From Macrostomum lignano (Eukaryota): a DNA stretch of 64,000 nucleotides. Positions 1-13,500 of this stretch are shown here, one piece after another. The position numbers and the translations under genes were made by a program. How positions within the stretch are numbered: position 1 is the stretch's first letter; every line of letters begins with the position of its first letter. The notes under the pieces are model-generated. The model had not been told where the DNA came from. It was given only the letters and a program-made list of their open reading frames with translations, and did not search any database. The stretch covers positions 184,638 through 248,637 of the forward strand of contig NIVC01001697.1 of NCBI GenBank assembly GCA_002269645.1, read 5' to 3'.

Positions 1-1940
1 AACATGGGCACATAGAATCACATAGAAGAGTTTTTGTAAAGTAGAAAAAATTTGAAAAAAAGTTCATTTTTAAGCAAAAATTTCCCACTTTCCAGGTTTT
101 TAGGCGCGTAATAAGGCATTTAAACAAATCTTTGCATGTATCAATTTTCTAATGTAAATGGTATTGCCAAGAAGCAGAAAATGAACTAAATTATCTGTCA
201 AAAAAGGCCTTTTACACAATGAAAAAAGGTCATTTATTGTCACAATGTAAAAAGGTCATTTATTATCACAATACCAACTGAGTTTTAAGAATAGGTGTGC
301 ACTCCATTTTTTGGCATGCATTTGTACCTATTGATTTTTGTTCAAGCATGCACTCAGCATGATTGTGACTATGGCCCTGGGATTTCGCCTTAGCTAAAAC
401 CTTTGAAATGCCTTAAAAATTTGTCTTAAACTCATATTTGATTTTTTGCATTGCAAAGTTAGATCTATTTTATTTGTAAAAAAACTTTATTTAAAATTAA
501 ATTTGCCTGAAATTAAATATCAGGATTGCATATTGGCAAGGGACCTTTATTAAAGGCCTTTTAAAGAATCTTTGAAACCTACTATGTTTCCTAGTTTCAT
601 TGCAGGAAACAATACAAGTTTCCTTATATTGCAAGGATGCTACTTTGTCTTTGGTCGTTTGGATTCTAGAATAAATATTTGAAAGATGTTACAGTGGAAA
701 ATAGACAACTGGAATCTTTGTAGAAGGCTTTGGCATTAATAATTAATATGAATCATGGATACATTGGTTGCATTGGTTGCATATTAAGCAAAATATTTAC
801 TTTGCAAATATGCTTAAATTAAAAGTAATTAATAAAACTAAACAAAAAATAAGATATTGCATGCCTGGGCAAGCATTAATTGGTGATTTGCTGTTAGTGT
901 AGGTACAGGCATAGGCCTAGGCATAGGCGTAGTGCATAAAAATTAGAAATGATTGTAAGCTTACACTGCTTAGGAAGAAAAACCCTGGAAGCCAATGAGG
1001 CCATTTCTTTATTAGCTGCTTAAATAACGCAAAATGTAGGCAATCAATTCGAAACAAAAATTTAGGAGTTTATATTCAGACAAGATACAGATCTGCACTG
1101 CTGTGCTGCGCTGATGGTAAAAATTAATTATATTAAAAAGTAATAAAAACCTGCAACCAAAAACTTTGCAAAGCACCGTCTGCAGAAGTATATTATCTGA
1201 AAAACCTAGTAAAATAAAAATATCATTGACTTCTGTTTACATTTAGTAGATTAAATGTGTCGTTTTCATTACCTGTATAGTGTTGTTTGTTAAAATGCGT
1301 ACAAGTTCGGCTTTTTTAGATTTTTTAGGTAAACATACTTTAGATATATTTTTAGTGGCGAAGATATTTAAATTCATCATATATTGATAAATCCAAAGTA
1401 CTAATACACACTATCAAATAACGCTTGCTTATTATTGTATTTTATCACCACTGCGCCTATTTTAAAACCAATTACACCCATCATGAAACTATTCCAAGCA
1501 TAAAGTTAAGTACTAATTAAGTTTTCATATATTTTGCATCCACATGCATAAAACTGTATTTTGATGACTATCCACATAGCTTGTTAAGGAAATAATCAAC
1601 AAATCAACAAGCATGCAGCTCGAGATTGCACATTCAAATGAAACATGTAGTTCATAATACATGTAAATAGTAACGACTAGACAACTGCAGTAGTGAATTA
1701 ATTTACATGTATTAAGTAGCTTTCTTACACTGAGAACTATAGTCCAGGACAAAGATAGCCATCGAATTTCTAAACCATTGATAATAGGTGCCGAAATAAG
1801 TTATGCGAAGAAAAACTGACTAAAGCAGTGAAGCCTTCGTATCGAGTACATGTAAATACATTTTAGCAAAACAAGTCGCCTTCTGCGGCTATATTTAATG
1901 CACAAAGTCAACAAGATATTGTGGTAGCACCGAAATACAG

Positions 1941-2911
1941 TCAGACAAGCGACACCAGTTGGTACTCGGCCTTGAGCTCGTCTTCCGGCATGCGTACCAC
2001 GTGCACAAAAACTTTTTCAAATGCCTGGCCGGATTTCACAAGCTCGTAGAGCGGACTGTCCGGCAGCGGATCCAGCAGCTCGGTGGTCAGCAACAGACGG
2101 CCGTCGGACTCGGCCACGAGGTCCCAGTTGTCCCTGTTCAAGCGTACATTCTCGCCAGGATAAAATTGAAGCCCAATTTGGCGCAACACGACGTCGTTTG
2201 TTCGCACCTGGCGTGGTGGAGCGGTGAGTTGAGGGGAAGCTAGGTACTATGCGGTTCGGCCGAGGGACCATGATGAGGTGCAGCTGAGGGACCATGATGA
2301 GGTGCAGCTGAGGGACCATGATCAGGTGCAGCTGAGGAAACAAAATGAGGTGCAGCTAAGGGATCATGATGAGGTGCAGCTGAGGGATCATGATGAGGTG
2401 CAGCTGAGGGATGATGATGAGGTGCACCTGAGGGATCATGATGAGGTGCAGCTGAGGGATCAGAATAAGGTGCAGCTGAGGGACTATGATGAGGTGCAGC
2501 TGAGGGACTATGATGAGGTGCAGCTGAGGGACTATGATGAGGTGCAGCTGAGGGACTATGATGAGGTGCAGCTGAGGGACCGTGATAAGTTTCAGCTGAG
2601 GGGACCATAGCGAGGAGCAAAAGATTCCAAAGAAGACTTCAAGGTAAAACAATCGGCCCCAAAAAAGGTTTTACCCTGGAGCCCTCGTTAACAGTGAAGC
2701 CGCGGTATTGGCTGTTGGGAATCGGGTGAACGTGACGGCCCTTGCGCCGTTTCGGATGATCCTCCAAATCCGGCACCTTCTTGACGCCGCCAGGGTAGCC
2801 GCGCCGCTGGCAGACGGAGGCAGCGGGATCAGCCGCCGCTGTCGCCGAAGCAAGCGGCGCTAGAAACAGGAGACGACGCAGCGCACAGCCGCAGTGGCTC
2901 GCGATAGCAGA
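1941..2911 (-). CDS. MRPL27: Mitochondrial ribosomal protein bL27m; exons 2911-2675 and 2207-1941; initiator ATG not resolved
   Basis: The spliced product ...YRGFTVNEGSR|VRTNDVVLRQIGLQFYPGENV...FEKVFVHVV matches the L27 core (G..V.aG.i..rQ...f.PG.nV) and the mitochondrial C-terminal extension. Phase-0 GT (2674) / AG (2208) intron. Confidence 0.88.
2262..2608. repeat. 24-bp minisatellite (gatgaggtgcagctgagggaccat) filling the MRPL27 intron
   Basis: About 14 tandem units seen directly; source of the spurious ORFs at 2240-2652. Confidence 0.95.
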
Positions 2912-3004
2912 CTGGAGAGCATTTAGTAGATCAGTTGTGAGCGATCTGGATTGCCAGCTCCCACCATTGGCCTAAGCATCTAGACTAGAAGCTGGGTTGA
3001 ATGA

Positions 3005-5352
3005 GCTGGGAGAGTGCCATTAGCACCCAGAGAGGATATGGGAGAGTGACATTAGCATCCTAGAGAGGATTTCGGAGAGTTCCATTAGCATCCTAGAGAG
3101 GATCTGGGAGAGTGTCATTAGCACCCAAAGAGAATCTGGGAGAGTGCCATTAGCACCCAGAGAGGAGCTGGGAGAGCGCCATTAGCACCCAAAGAGAATC
3201 TGGGAGAGTGCCATTAGCACCCAGAGAGGATCTGGAAGAGTGCCATTAGCACCCAGAGAGGATCTGGGAGTGTCATTAGCACCCAGAGAGGATCTGGGAG
3301 AGTGCCATTAGCACCCAGAGAGGATCTGGGAGAGTGTCATCTGCATCCAGAGAGGATCTGGGAGAGTGTCATTAGCACCCAGAGAGGATCTGGGAGAGTG
3401 CCATTAGCACCCAGAAAGGATCTGGGAGAGTGCCATTAGCACCCAGAGAGGATCTGGTAGAGTGCTATTAGCACCCAGAGAGGATCTGGGAGAGTGCCAT
3501 TAGCACCCAGAGAGAATCTGGGAGAGTGTCATTAGCACCCAGAGAGTATCTGGGAGAGTGTCATTAGCACCCAGAGAGGATCTGGGAGAGTGCCATTAGC
3601 ACCCAGAGAGGATCTGGGCGAGTGCCATTAGCACCCAGAGAGAATCTGGGAGAGTGTCATTTGCATCCAGAGAGGATCTGGGAGAGTGTCATTAGCACCC
3701 AAAGAGAATCTGGGAGAGTGCCATTAGCACCCAGAGAGGATCTGGGAGAGTGCCATTAGCACCCAGAGAGAATCTGGGAGAGTGTCATTTGCATCCAGAG
3801 AGGATCTGGGAGAGTGCCATTAGCACCCAGAGAGGATCTGGGAGAGTGTCATCTGCATCCAGAGAGGATCTGGGAGAGTGTCATTAGCACCCAGAGAGGA
3901 TCTGGGAGAGTGCCATTAGCACCCAGAAAAGATCTGGGAGAGTGCCATTAGCACCCAGAGAGGATCTGGTAGAGTGCTATTAGCACCCAGAGAGGATCTG
4001 GGAGAGTGCCATTAGCACCCAGAGAGAATCTGGGAGAGTGTCATTAGCACCCAGAGAGTATCTGGGAGAGTGTCATTAGCACCCAGAGAGGATCTGGGAG
4101 AGTGCCATTAGCACCCAGAGAGGATCTGGGAGAGTGCCATTAGCACCCAGAGAGAATCTGGGAGAGTGTCATTTGCATCCAGAGAGGATCTGGGAGAGTG
4201 TCATTAGCACCCAAAGAGAATCTGGGAGAGTGCCATTAGCACCCAGAGAGGAGCTGGGAGAGCGCCATTAGCACCCAAAGAGAATCTGGGAGAGTGCCAT
4301 TAGCACCCAGAGAGGATCTGGAAGAGTGCCATTAGCACCCAGAGAGGATCTGGGAGTGTCATTAGCACCCAGAGAGGATCTGGGAGAGTGTCATCTGCAT
4401 CCAGAGAGGATCTGGGAGAGTGTTATTAGCACCCAGAGAGGATCTGGGAGAGTGCCATTAGCACCCAGAAAGGATCTGGGAGAGTGCCATTAGCACCCAG
4501 AGAGGATCTGGTAGAGTGCTATTAGCACCCAGAGAGGATCTGGGAGAGTGCCATTAGCACCCAGAGAGAATCTGGGAGAGTGTCATTAGCACCCAGAGAG
4601 TATCTGGGAGAGTGTCATTAGCACCCAGAGAGGATCTGGGAGAGTGCCATTAGCACCCAGAGAGGATCTGGGAGAGTGCCATTAGCACCCAGAGAGAATC
4701 TGGGAGAGTGTCATTTGCATCCAGAGAGGATCTGGGAGAGTGCCATTAGCACCCAGAGAGGATCTGAATAAGAGTGTCATTAGCACCCAGAGAGGATCTG
4801 GAAGAGTGCCATTAGCACCCAGAGAGGATCTGGGAGAGTGTCATTAGCACCCAGAGAGGATCTGGGAGAGTGTCATTAGCACCCAGAGAGTATCTGGGAG
4901 AGTGTCATTAGCACCCAGAGAGTATCTGGGAGAGTGCCATTAGCACCCAGAGAGGATCTGGATAAGAGTGTCATTAGCACCCAGAGAGGATCTGGAAGAG
5001 TGCCATTAGCACCCAGAGAGGATCTGGGAGAGTGCCATTAGCACCCAGAGAGGATCTGGGAGAGTGTCATTAGCACCCAGAGAGTATCTGGGAGGGTGTC
5101 ATTAGCACCCAGAGAGTATCTGGGAGAGTGCCATTAGCACCCAGAGAGGATCTGGAAGAGTGCCATTAGCACCCAGAGAGGATCTGGGAGAGTGTCATTA
5201 GCACCCAGAGAGGATCTTGGAGAGTGCCATTAGCACCAAGAGAGGATCTGGGAGAGTGCCATTAGCACCCAAGGAGGATCTGGGAGAGTGCCATTAGCAC
5301 CCAGAGAGGATCTGGGAGTGCCATTAGCACCCAGAGAGGATCTAGGAGTGTC
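3005..5352. repeat. 32-bp minisatellite (gggagagtgccattagcacccagagaggatct)
   Basis: About 70 tandem units with recurrent variants. Confidence 0.97.
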
Positions 5353-6039
5353 ATTTCAAGCCTATAAACCAGCTACTGACCGAAAGAAAGAACAAATTCC
5401 ACAATAGCAAATTAACAAACTTGCAGTCAATTGTAATAATTTTTATATTTTACAATTTTAATAATTTTATGATAATTTTTGAACGACAATACACAAAGCG
5501 GGTACAACACAAATGTTAACTGAATTTGCTGCTAAAAACAATCAGACAATTTAAACAGATTATGAATTGAATAGCTTTAGTATAATTAGTACTGTACGTT
5601 GCCATTGTTTCAAAAAGCAAGAAATACTTTTTTAAATTACCTTGGATGTAAATTTTAGTTGATTTATAACTGAAGCTGTACCGTTCTTGGAAAACGTTTT
5701 TTTGTGATGATTCTGACAAACAAAATATCTTCAGTTTCAAAGAAGTTCAAAGATAAATTAATATTATTTTTAAACACTCGAAATTAAACAATAGAATGCA
5801 TTTAGAAAAATCAGGATTGCACAAGCAACCGTCAGTTAAGTAAAGAAGATTTTCTAGCAACGAATGTGTGTGTATCTGCTGCATAACAGACACTGCAACT
5901 TCCAGGTAAATTTGAAGTTGTGCGTTATTTTATTACACTTAACTGTAAGTAGAAGTGGCGGAGTCAGCGCAAGCTGACAGAAAAACGTTCGACATAATGC
6001 AGTTTTTGGTAATTAATTTTTTACGAAGATTTAACCTAA

Positions 6040-6632
6040 ACTGAGCTATCTATGACCTTAACTGAGATGTCTCTGACCTAAACTGAGCTATCTATGACCT
6101 TACCTGAGAATCTGAGATGTCTATGACCTAAACTGAGCCATCTCTATGACCTTAACTGAGATGTAAATGACCTAAATTGAGCTATCTATGACCTAAACTG
6201 AGCTATCTATGACCTAAACCGAGCTATCTATGACCTAAACCGAGCTATTCATGACCTAAACTGAACTATCTATGAGCTAAACCGAACTATCTATGAGCTA
6301 AACCGAGCTATCTGACCTAAACCGAGCTATCTATGACCTAAACCAAACTATCTATGACCTAAGCCGAGCTATCCATGACCTAAACTGAGCTATCTATGAC
6401 CTAAACCGAGCTATCTATGACCTAAACCGAGCTATTCATGACCTAAACTGAACTATCTATGAGCTAAACCGAACTATCTATGAGCTAAACCGAGCTATCT
6501 GACCTAAACCGAGCTATCTATGACCTAAACCAAACTATCTATGACCTAAGCCGAGCTATCCATGACCTAAACTGAACTATTTATGACCTAAACCGAGCTA
6601 TCTATGACCTAGACTTAGCTCTTTGACCTAAA
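6040..6632. repeat. ~21-bp minisatellite (gacctaaaccgagctatctat)
   Basis: Tandem units seen directly. Confidence 0.93.
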
Positions 6633-7588
6633 CTATGTTTTAAGTAATAACAAAAAATCCAAGCGCAAATTAAAGCGCAGAAAAATTTAATTTACCTTAT
6701 ATGGCAAGCGACAAGTATAAAATGAAGCAGGGAATTTATAAGCCGCTGTGGCATGCTAAATTAGAAAAAGCAAAAGCGATTTAAAACTCAACTAAAAACA
6801 GTCAGCCTACGCTCACAACACGGGAATAGAATAATTAAATAATACGACAATACGATTGCTACGGATAAAATCAAAAGCTACACCAGAAGTGTCCAATAAA
6901 AAAACACAAAAAAGAAAGCGAAAGACAGACGAAAGCCACGACAACAGCTCAAGCATTTACTCACCGACTTTGGATTAACAAAATTATAACTGCCAAGAAT
7001 TAACAAAAAATGGGTATAACCGAGAGCTGGGTATAAACTGACAGAAGATACTCATAGTGGTCTAAGTGTACTTTTTAAGCTATCAAAATTCAATTGCAGC
7101 GAATGTTGTAAGAATCAAAACTCAAAAGTACAATGACCAATTGTGCATAGCAACAGTAACCATGGTTTCGCAGCAGCCACAGTCAAAAATGTGTGCAACT
7201 TATTAAAAGAAATGGAACGAAAACAAATATAGAAAGGCCTATATAAGCGGTATCCAATGCCCATAGCAACAGTATCTAGTGTCGCCACAGCAACGCCTGT
7301 TTAGTGTCCACCATAGCAACGCTATCTGCCATAGCACCACTATAGCAGGCAGCAGCGACATTCAATGTGCATAGCAATGTCCCAACGGTATGGACGGTAT
7401 GTCAACGGTATGTCATGTTCTATAGCAACAGTATTGAATGCCGCCTAGCATAGCTAGATACGACACCTGACCTAATGTGCCAAAACATCGGTAATTAAAT
7501 GTCAATTAGGCAGCAACAACATTAAACAATAAACGGCTAAATAAAACCGATACAAACACTGAGCACTAAGTAACTAATTCAGTCCAAT

Positions 7589-10500
7589 TTAAAGGCCCAT
7601 AGCCGAAGCAGTTTTGCCAGCCTGAAACACGGCAATTGGCATCTGTTTAACGTTGGTTTGCCACTGCGATGACAGTTGGAAAAATTTCACACCAGACCAG
7701 TCGACGCCGTCCACCACAACTGGAATTGGTTTCAGCGTGTTAGAGAAGAATAGACAACCGTTGAATTATATATTTGTATTAGTTGGAATTGGTAATAAAA
7801 CAGTACTAGTAAGTTGCGCGGGCTCAGGGCCCAAACGAGTTGTATAGATAAGACATTAAATTAGGGGGGGGGGGGTTGGGGTTGAGTGCAGATAAGAAAA
7901 GGAGGGGTAGACGTGTAGCAGAAAAGGCGACACAGCTATCTTGAAGACCAGTTAAGTGACAAAAAAATTGCCCAAAAGACGGGTTGTGTTTTCAAAAACA
8001 ATGCACCACTAGAAGTTTTTATATAAATTTTCAAAATGATTTTGCGAGATATTTTTATTTTATTGCATGTTTTTACTTTTACAATGATTTCTGTGCTGAA
8101 ATTATAGTATCTGTGGTCTGGTAGTTGAGGGTTACTTGTATAATGTATTGCATACGTATAATTTTTGATCAAACATATCAATACATAAATTAGTAAACTT
8201 CATTAAATGAAAAATGGTGAATAATATTAGACTGGGAAGGATGCAGCAACAGAGATGAGACACGTTGTATACTGCAAGGACCCGGAGGGACTCATTGATA
8301 GCCTTCTGTACCACTGCTGCATTGAAGAAGAAAACTTTGAAGTTAAAATTGGCATAGATGGAGGAGGCAACTTCTTGAAGGTCTGTCTCACTATTGTGCA
8401 AATTGGAGCAGAGCAACAACCTAAAACAAAAACAAGCTATTCTGTTGCCGCATGCAGTTCTCGTTTCTGTGATAGTGGAGTGAAAAAAACTGCTGATCCT
8501 TGCAATTGTCGAAGATGTTCGAGAGTCCTACTTCAACATCAAGGCTGTCCTGGACCTTCTGAGACTGCAACAGGTACGCTTCAGTCTTGCTGTTGACATG
8601 AAGATGGCTAACACACTACTTGGCCTCCAGTGTGCCAGCAGCAGTCACCCCTGTCCATGGTGCGAGTTGAACTGCAAAGAATTCTGTAGCATGCATCATG
8701 AAGTTCCCTTGCGGTCATTTGGCAGCATAAGACAGAATGCTAATAGCTACCAAGAGCTGGTGCAGCAGACAAGTAGCACAAGGCACTCGGCTGCCAGGTT
8801 CAAGAATTGTGTTAGAATGCCGCTGCTTGATTTTCCAGACAAGACTTTGGTGATCAACGTTGTGCCTCCAATGGAGTTGCACTTGATGCTAGGTATTGTC
8901 AATCGGCTGTTCAAGGAGCTTGATTCTCAATTACAGTCAATCTCCAACTGTACAATACGAGCACAGGACTTTGCTAATCGTTTAAACATCTGGCAGGCAC
9001 CATATCAAGGTGGGCAGTTTACTGGCAACCACTGCAGCAAGCTGCTAAACAGTGTCGACTCACTTGAGCAAATGCTGCAAGACTGCGGTGCCATAGCAGC
9101 CATGCCTATTGTACAAGCCCTTCGCACCTTTCGTGAAGTCTGTAGGACTTGTTTTGGACTGGTGCTTCTAGACGGCTACGATGCAGCAATAAAGGCATTT
9201 GCTGCGGCCTACAAGGATGTTGGCATTCCTGTCAGCCCTAAAGTCCATGCTGTCTTTGAGCATGTTGCTCCATTTCTTCGCAACCAGCCGCAAATGCCTG
9301 GATCAGCTCTGCATGGCCTTGGATTCTGGTCGGAGCAGGCAAGTGAGGCTGTGCATGCGGACTTCAGTCGCCTCTGGGACAGCAGCTACAAAGTGGCGAA
9401 AACGAGTGCACAGTACAGCAAGCAGCTGCTGAAATGCACAATTGTGTACAACTCACGGCACCAGTAAACAAGTTGCTTTTAGTTGATAACTATTTTTAAA
9501 GGTAAAGGTGATTTTCTATCAAAATGTTATTGAAAGTCTAATATTATTCACCATTTTTCATTTAATGAAGTTTACTAATTTATGTATTGATATGTTTGAT
9601 CAAAAATTATACGTATGCAATACATTATACAAGTAACCCTCAACTACCAGACCACAGATACTATAATTTCAGCACAGAAATCATTGTAAAAGTAAAAACA
9701 TGCAATAAAATAAAAATATCTCGCAAAATCATTTTGAAAATTTATATAAAAACTTCTAGTGGTGCATTGTTTTTGAAAACACAACCCGTTTTTTGGGCAA
9801 TTTTTTTGTCACTTAACTGGTCTTCAAGATAGCTGTGGCGAGCCTTGTCTCCCCGCTGTGTCTATTGGCCCACCCTGCAGGGGTAGGAATGCGCGACTGG
9901 GGAAAGAGACGAGATTAAAGAGCCAGCCAATCAGAAGGCAGCTAGGGAGAGAGATAAGAATAACAAGACTGAACTGGACAGAGAGGACGAGGCAGAGAAA
10001 ACAGAGTAAAGAGAAGACGAGTGCACATGAACTGAACAAAAATTACTAAGACAGTCCTAACGACACAGCAATAGGAAAAAGGTTTCATTAACATATGAGA
10101 CTTCTGTCTTACCTTTCATGGGATGACTCTGGCTCTTGCTAGTGCAAATTAGCCTAGATAGATTTTCTACAACTTCGCGTTTACCCTCGGTCTCCTTGCC
10201 TTTCTTGCCGAGGCGCATTACTGCAAATTAATTACATGACGAGGCATTTTAGTACACAGTTAAAGTCATAGTTGCTCCAGCTGTTTACTTTTGCACAAAA
10301 TACTACTCGTACAGTCAGCAGCTTTTAAGTATCTCTGGAAAATTCCGCTGACTCCTGTCTTAAGCACATACAAGCGCGCCAATACTGTATGCAGACACGC
10401 ACTCATACACACGCAAAGGGTGACATTCCAATCGTCAGCAATCCCCCGGCCAATTTTTCCTGCACAAGTCCCAAACGAATGCGGCCGCGCACGAAATCGA

Positions 10501-13500
10501 ATCAGGGGACGAGGCGCGAATCAGCCGCGCCGATGCAGCCTTAGTTACTCCAGCTGATTACCCTATGAAGCGGCGATAAGTCAGGGCTCACTTTTCTGTT
10601 TTTTTCTCCCGATTGACCACAGTCATGACGAGGCCTCTAGCGCTGACCGAGCCACCCGCTCCGGCGCCACCGCTGGGGCCTCCAGAGGCAGAGGTTTTGT
10701 CATCCGCAGCAGCTGGCTGCGCCAGCCGACTGATGTACAACGCCCGGAAGGCCGGCTTAAGAGCGGTCTTGCGCTCGTTGCCCGCAGTCCAGTAGTCCAA
10801 CTGGAGGTCCACAAACTCGCCGCCGCCGCTACCGCCGCCGCCGCCGCCGTCGTTCAAATTGGGGCTCTGCGGCGGAGTGCCGGAGCCGTGAAGGTGGCCA
10901 GCGGCTGGAGAGGTCTGGTGATGATGCGGATGGTGATGATGGTGCAGCTGGTGGTGCTGCTGCTCTCCGTCGCTGTCCGGATGTTCCGCCAGGCCGATGC
11001 GAACCCCAACAACGAACGGCACGAAAGTCTGCGCGCCCAACGGGCAGGAGGCGAACCCCACTACGTCGGTGTCGTCCATCGAGCCGGATGCCGCGGCACC
11101 GACAGCGACACCGCCGACTCCCGCAGACCCGTCCGTCGAAGATGCTACCGCCGAGCCCGACGCCGCAGTCGCCGTCGCAGTTACCGCAGACCCGGACGTC
11201 GCTGCTGAGGCGGATGAAGCGGAACCAGGCACCTGTTGCTGCTGCTGCTGCTGCTGTTGGGCCGCCGTTTCAGAGGCTTCAGAGGACTCGGCGTGGCGCA
11301 GGCCGGTGGCCAGCATGACCTCGCCAATTGGTAGGCCCAGCAAGCCCGAGGCGCCAGTCAGGTAGCGCCAGATCCGACGCGCCGCCTCGCTAGGCGAGCT
11401 GTCCCGCCAATCGTCTGCGTGGAACAGCTTGGCGTAGGCGGGGTCGCAGCCGGCAAGGTGCCGGCACAGCTGGGCACAGGCGGTCGGCCCGCCTGGCAAC
11501 GGGGCGTAGTGGAATCGAACTCGGGACTGCCAGCCAGGCGGTCGGGAGCCGAAATGATCCACGTAGGCGCGGAGCACAGCGTTGGCGTGCTGATCGGAGC
11601 CGAGAAGGCAGATTCTGTGCAGCGCCGGTGGCGGCGGCGCCCCGGCTCGGCCGGCTGGATTCGGCGTCTGCGCCAGCGCAGCGGCCACGTGACCGATGGC
11701 GTGCCTGCAGTCGGCCGGGGAGGCCGTAGGCACGCAGGGCAGCCTCATCTCCGACTGCAGCGCTTCCAATAGCGCCTTGTGGGTGTAGAGAGAGGCAAAT
11801 GAACTTGGGATTCATTGAGTCGGGGTGTAAGGTGACGTAGGTGAATAGGTGAGGATTGGTGTCAGGTGAGGTGGGTGAACAGGTGAGGGTTGGTGTCAGG
11901 TGAGGTGGGTGAACAGGTGAGGGTTGGTGTCAGGTGAGGTGGGTGAACAGGTGAGGATTGGTGTCAGGTGAGGTGGGTGAACAGGTGAGGATTGGTGTCA
12001 GGTGAGGTGGGTAAACAAGCGAGGATTGGTGTCAGGTGAGGTGGGTGAACAGGTGAGGATTGGTGTCAGGTGAGTGGGTGAACAGGTGAGGATTGGTGCC
12101 AGGTGAGGTGGGTGAATAGGTGAGGATTGGTGTCAGGTGAGGTGGGTGAACAGGTGAGGGTTGGTGTCAGGTGAGGTGGGTGAATAGGTGAGGGTTGGTG
12201 TCAGGTGAGGTGGGTGAATAGGTGAGGATTGGTGTCAGGTGAGGTGGGTGAACAGGTGAGGTGGGTGAACAGGTGAGGATTGGTGTCAGATGAGGTGGGT
12301 GAACAGGTGAGGATTGGTGTCAGGTGAGGTGGGTGAACAGGTGACGCTTGATTTCAGGTGAGGTGAGTGAGGCACTCACCCGGCCGCCAGCCTCAGCGGT
12401 GCAGACAATGCAGAGCCTCTCGGGCAGCGGTTCGCCGTGGAGACGGTGGACGGCCTCGATGCACTCCTTGCGCGGCTAAAAAGACAAAAAAGAAGTTTAG
12501 AAAAGAGCCCCGTGTACTTATTGTCTAAAGCTTGCACACTGAGACACAATGAAAGTCAATTATTAATACAGCAATCAAATCTTGCAGATTACCTATCTTA
12601 TTAAAGTAAAAACACCTTGATTAATTGATTAATTATTTGCAATCATAAAAAACTTTCTCAGACCATCAGTAGGAACGGTTAAAATTTATGATCTTACTAA
12701 ATTAGATCTGTAAACAATTTTATTACCCGAAGTTAATTGTTTGAATTTTTAATTTATTGTTGTATTTTCAAGTCCTAAAATTAGATGCATCGGAGAGATT
12801 CTTTGTCTTGAATTGCTTCTGTTTTTCAATCCACAATAGCATTACGAGCGTAAATTGTCAGTGAAAATTCATACCACTGGCAAGAAATTGTCAATTTGGG
12901 TGCTTTAACAAGCTAGAAATTTCACATTGTCGAAGACAGTGAATTTCATAAGATCGAAACTTCATAAGGATTGAATTTTGTTCAAATTGGCAACTAGCGG
13001 AACTGACTACATAAAGCGAGACTTTTTCGGGGTGGTAAGCTTTTAATTTGAGCAGGTGAAGATTTGAGCAGGTGAAGATTCGAGCCTGTGAAGATTCGAG
13101 CAGGTGAAGATTCGAGCCGGTAAAGATTCGAGCCTGTGAAGATTCGAGCAGGTGAAGATTCGAGCCTGTGAAGATTCGAGCAGGTGAAGATTCGAGCACG
13201 TGAAGATACGAGCCTGTGAAGATTCGAACCTGTGAAGATTCGAGCAGGTGAAGATTCGAGCAGGTGAAGATTCGAGCCTGTGAAGATTCGAGCAGGTGAA
13301 GATTCGAGCAGGTGAAGATTCGAGCAGGTAAAGATTCGAGCCTGTGAAGATTCGAGCAGGTGAAGATTCGAGCAGGTGAAGATTCGAGCAGGTGAAGATT
13401 CGAGCCTGTGAAGATTCGAGCAGGTGAAGATTTGAGCAGGTGAAGATTCGAGCAGGTGAAGATTCGAGCAGGTGAAGATTCGAGCAGGTGAAGATTCGAG

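Noticed and set aside
9838-10066. Solo-LTR-like purine-rich segment ending CCTAACGACA next to the transposon
   Set aside because: The left terminus and TSD could not be identified; treated as intron sequence.
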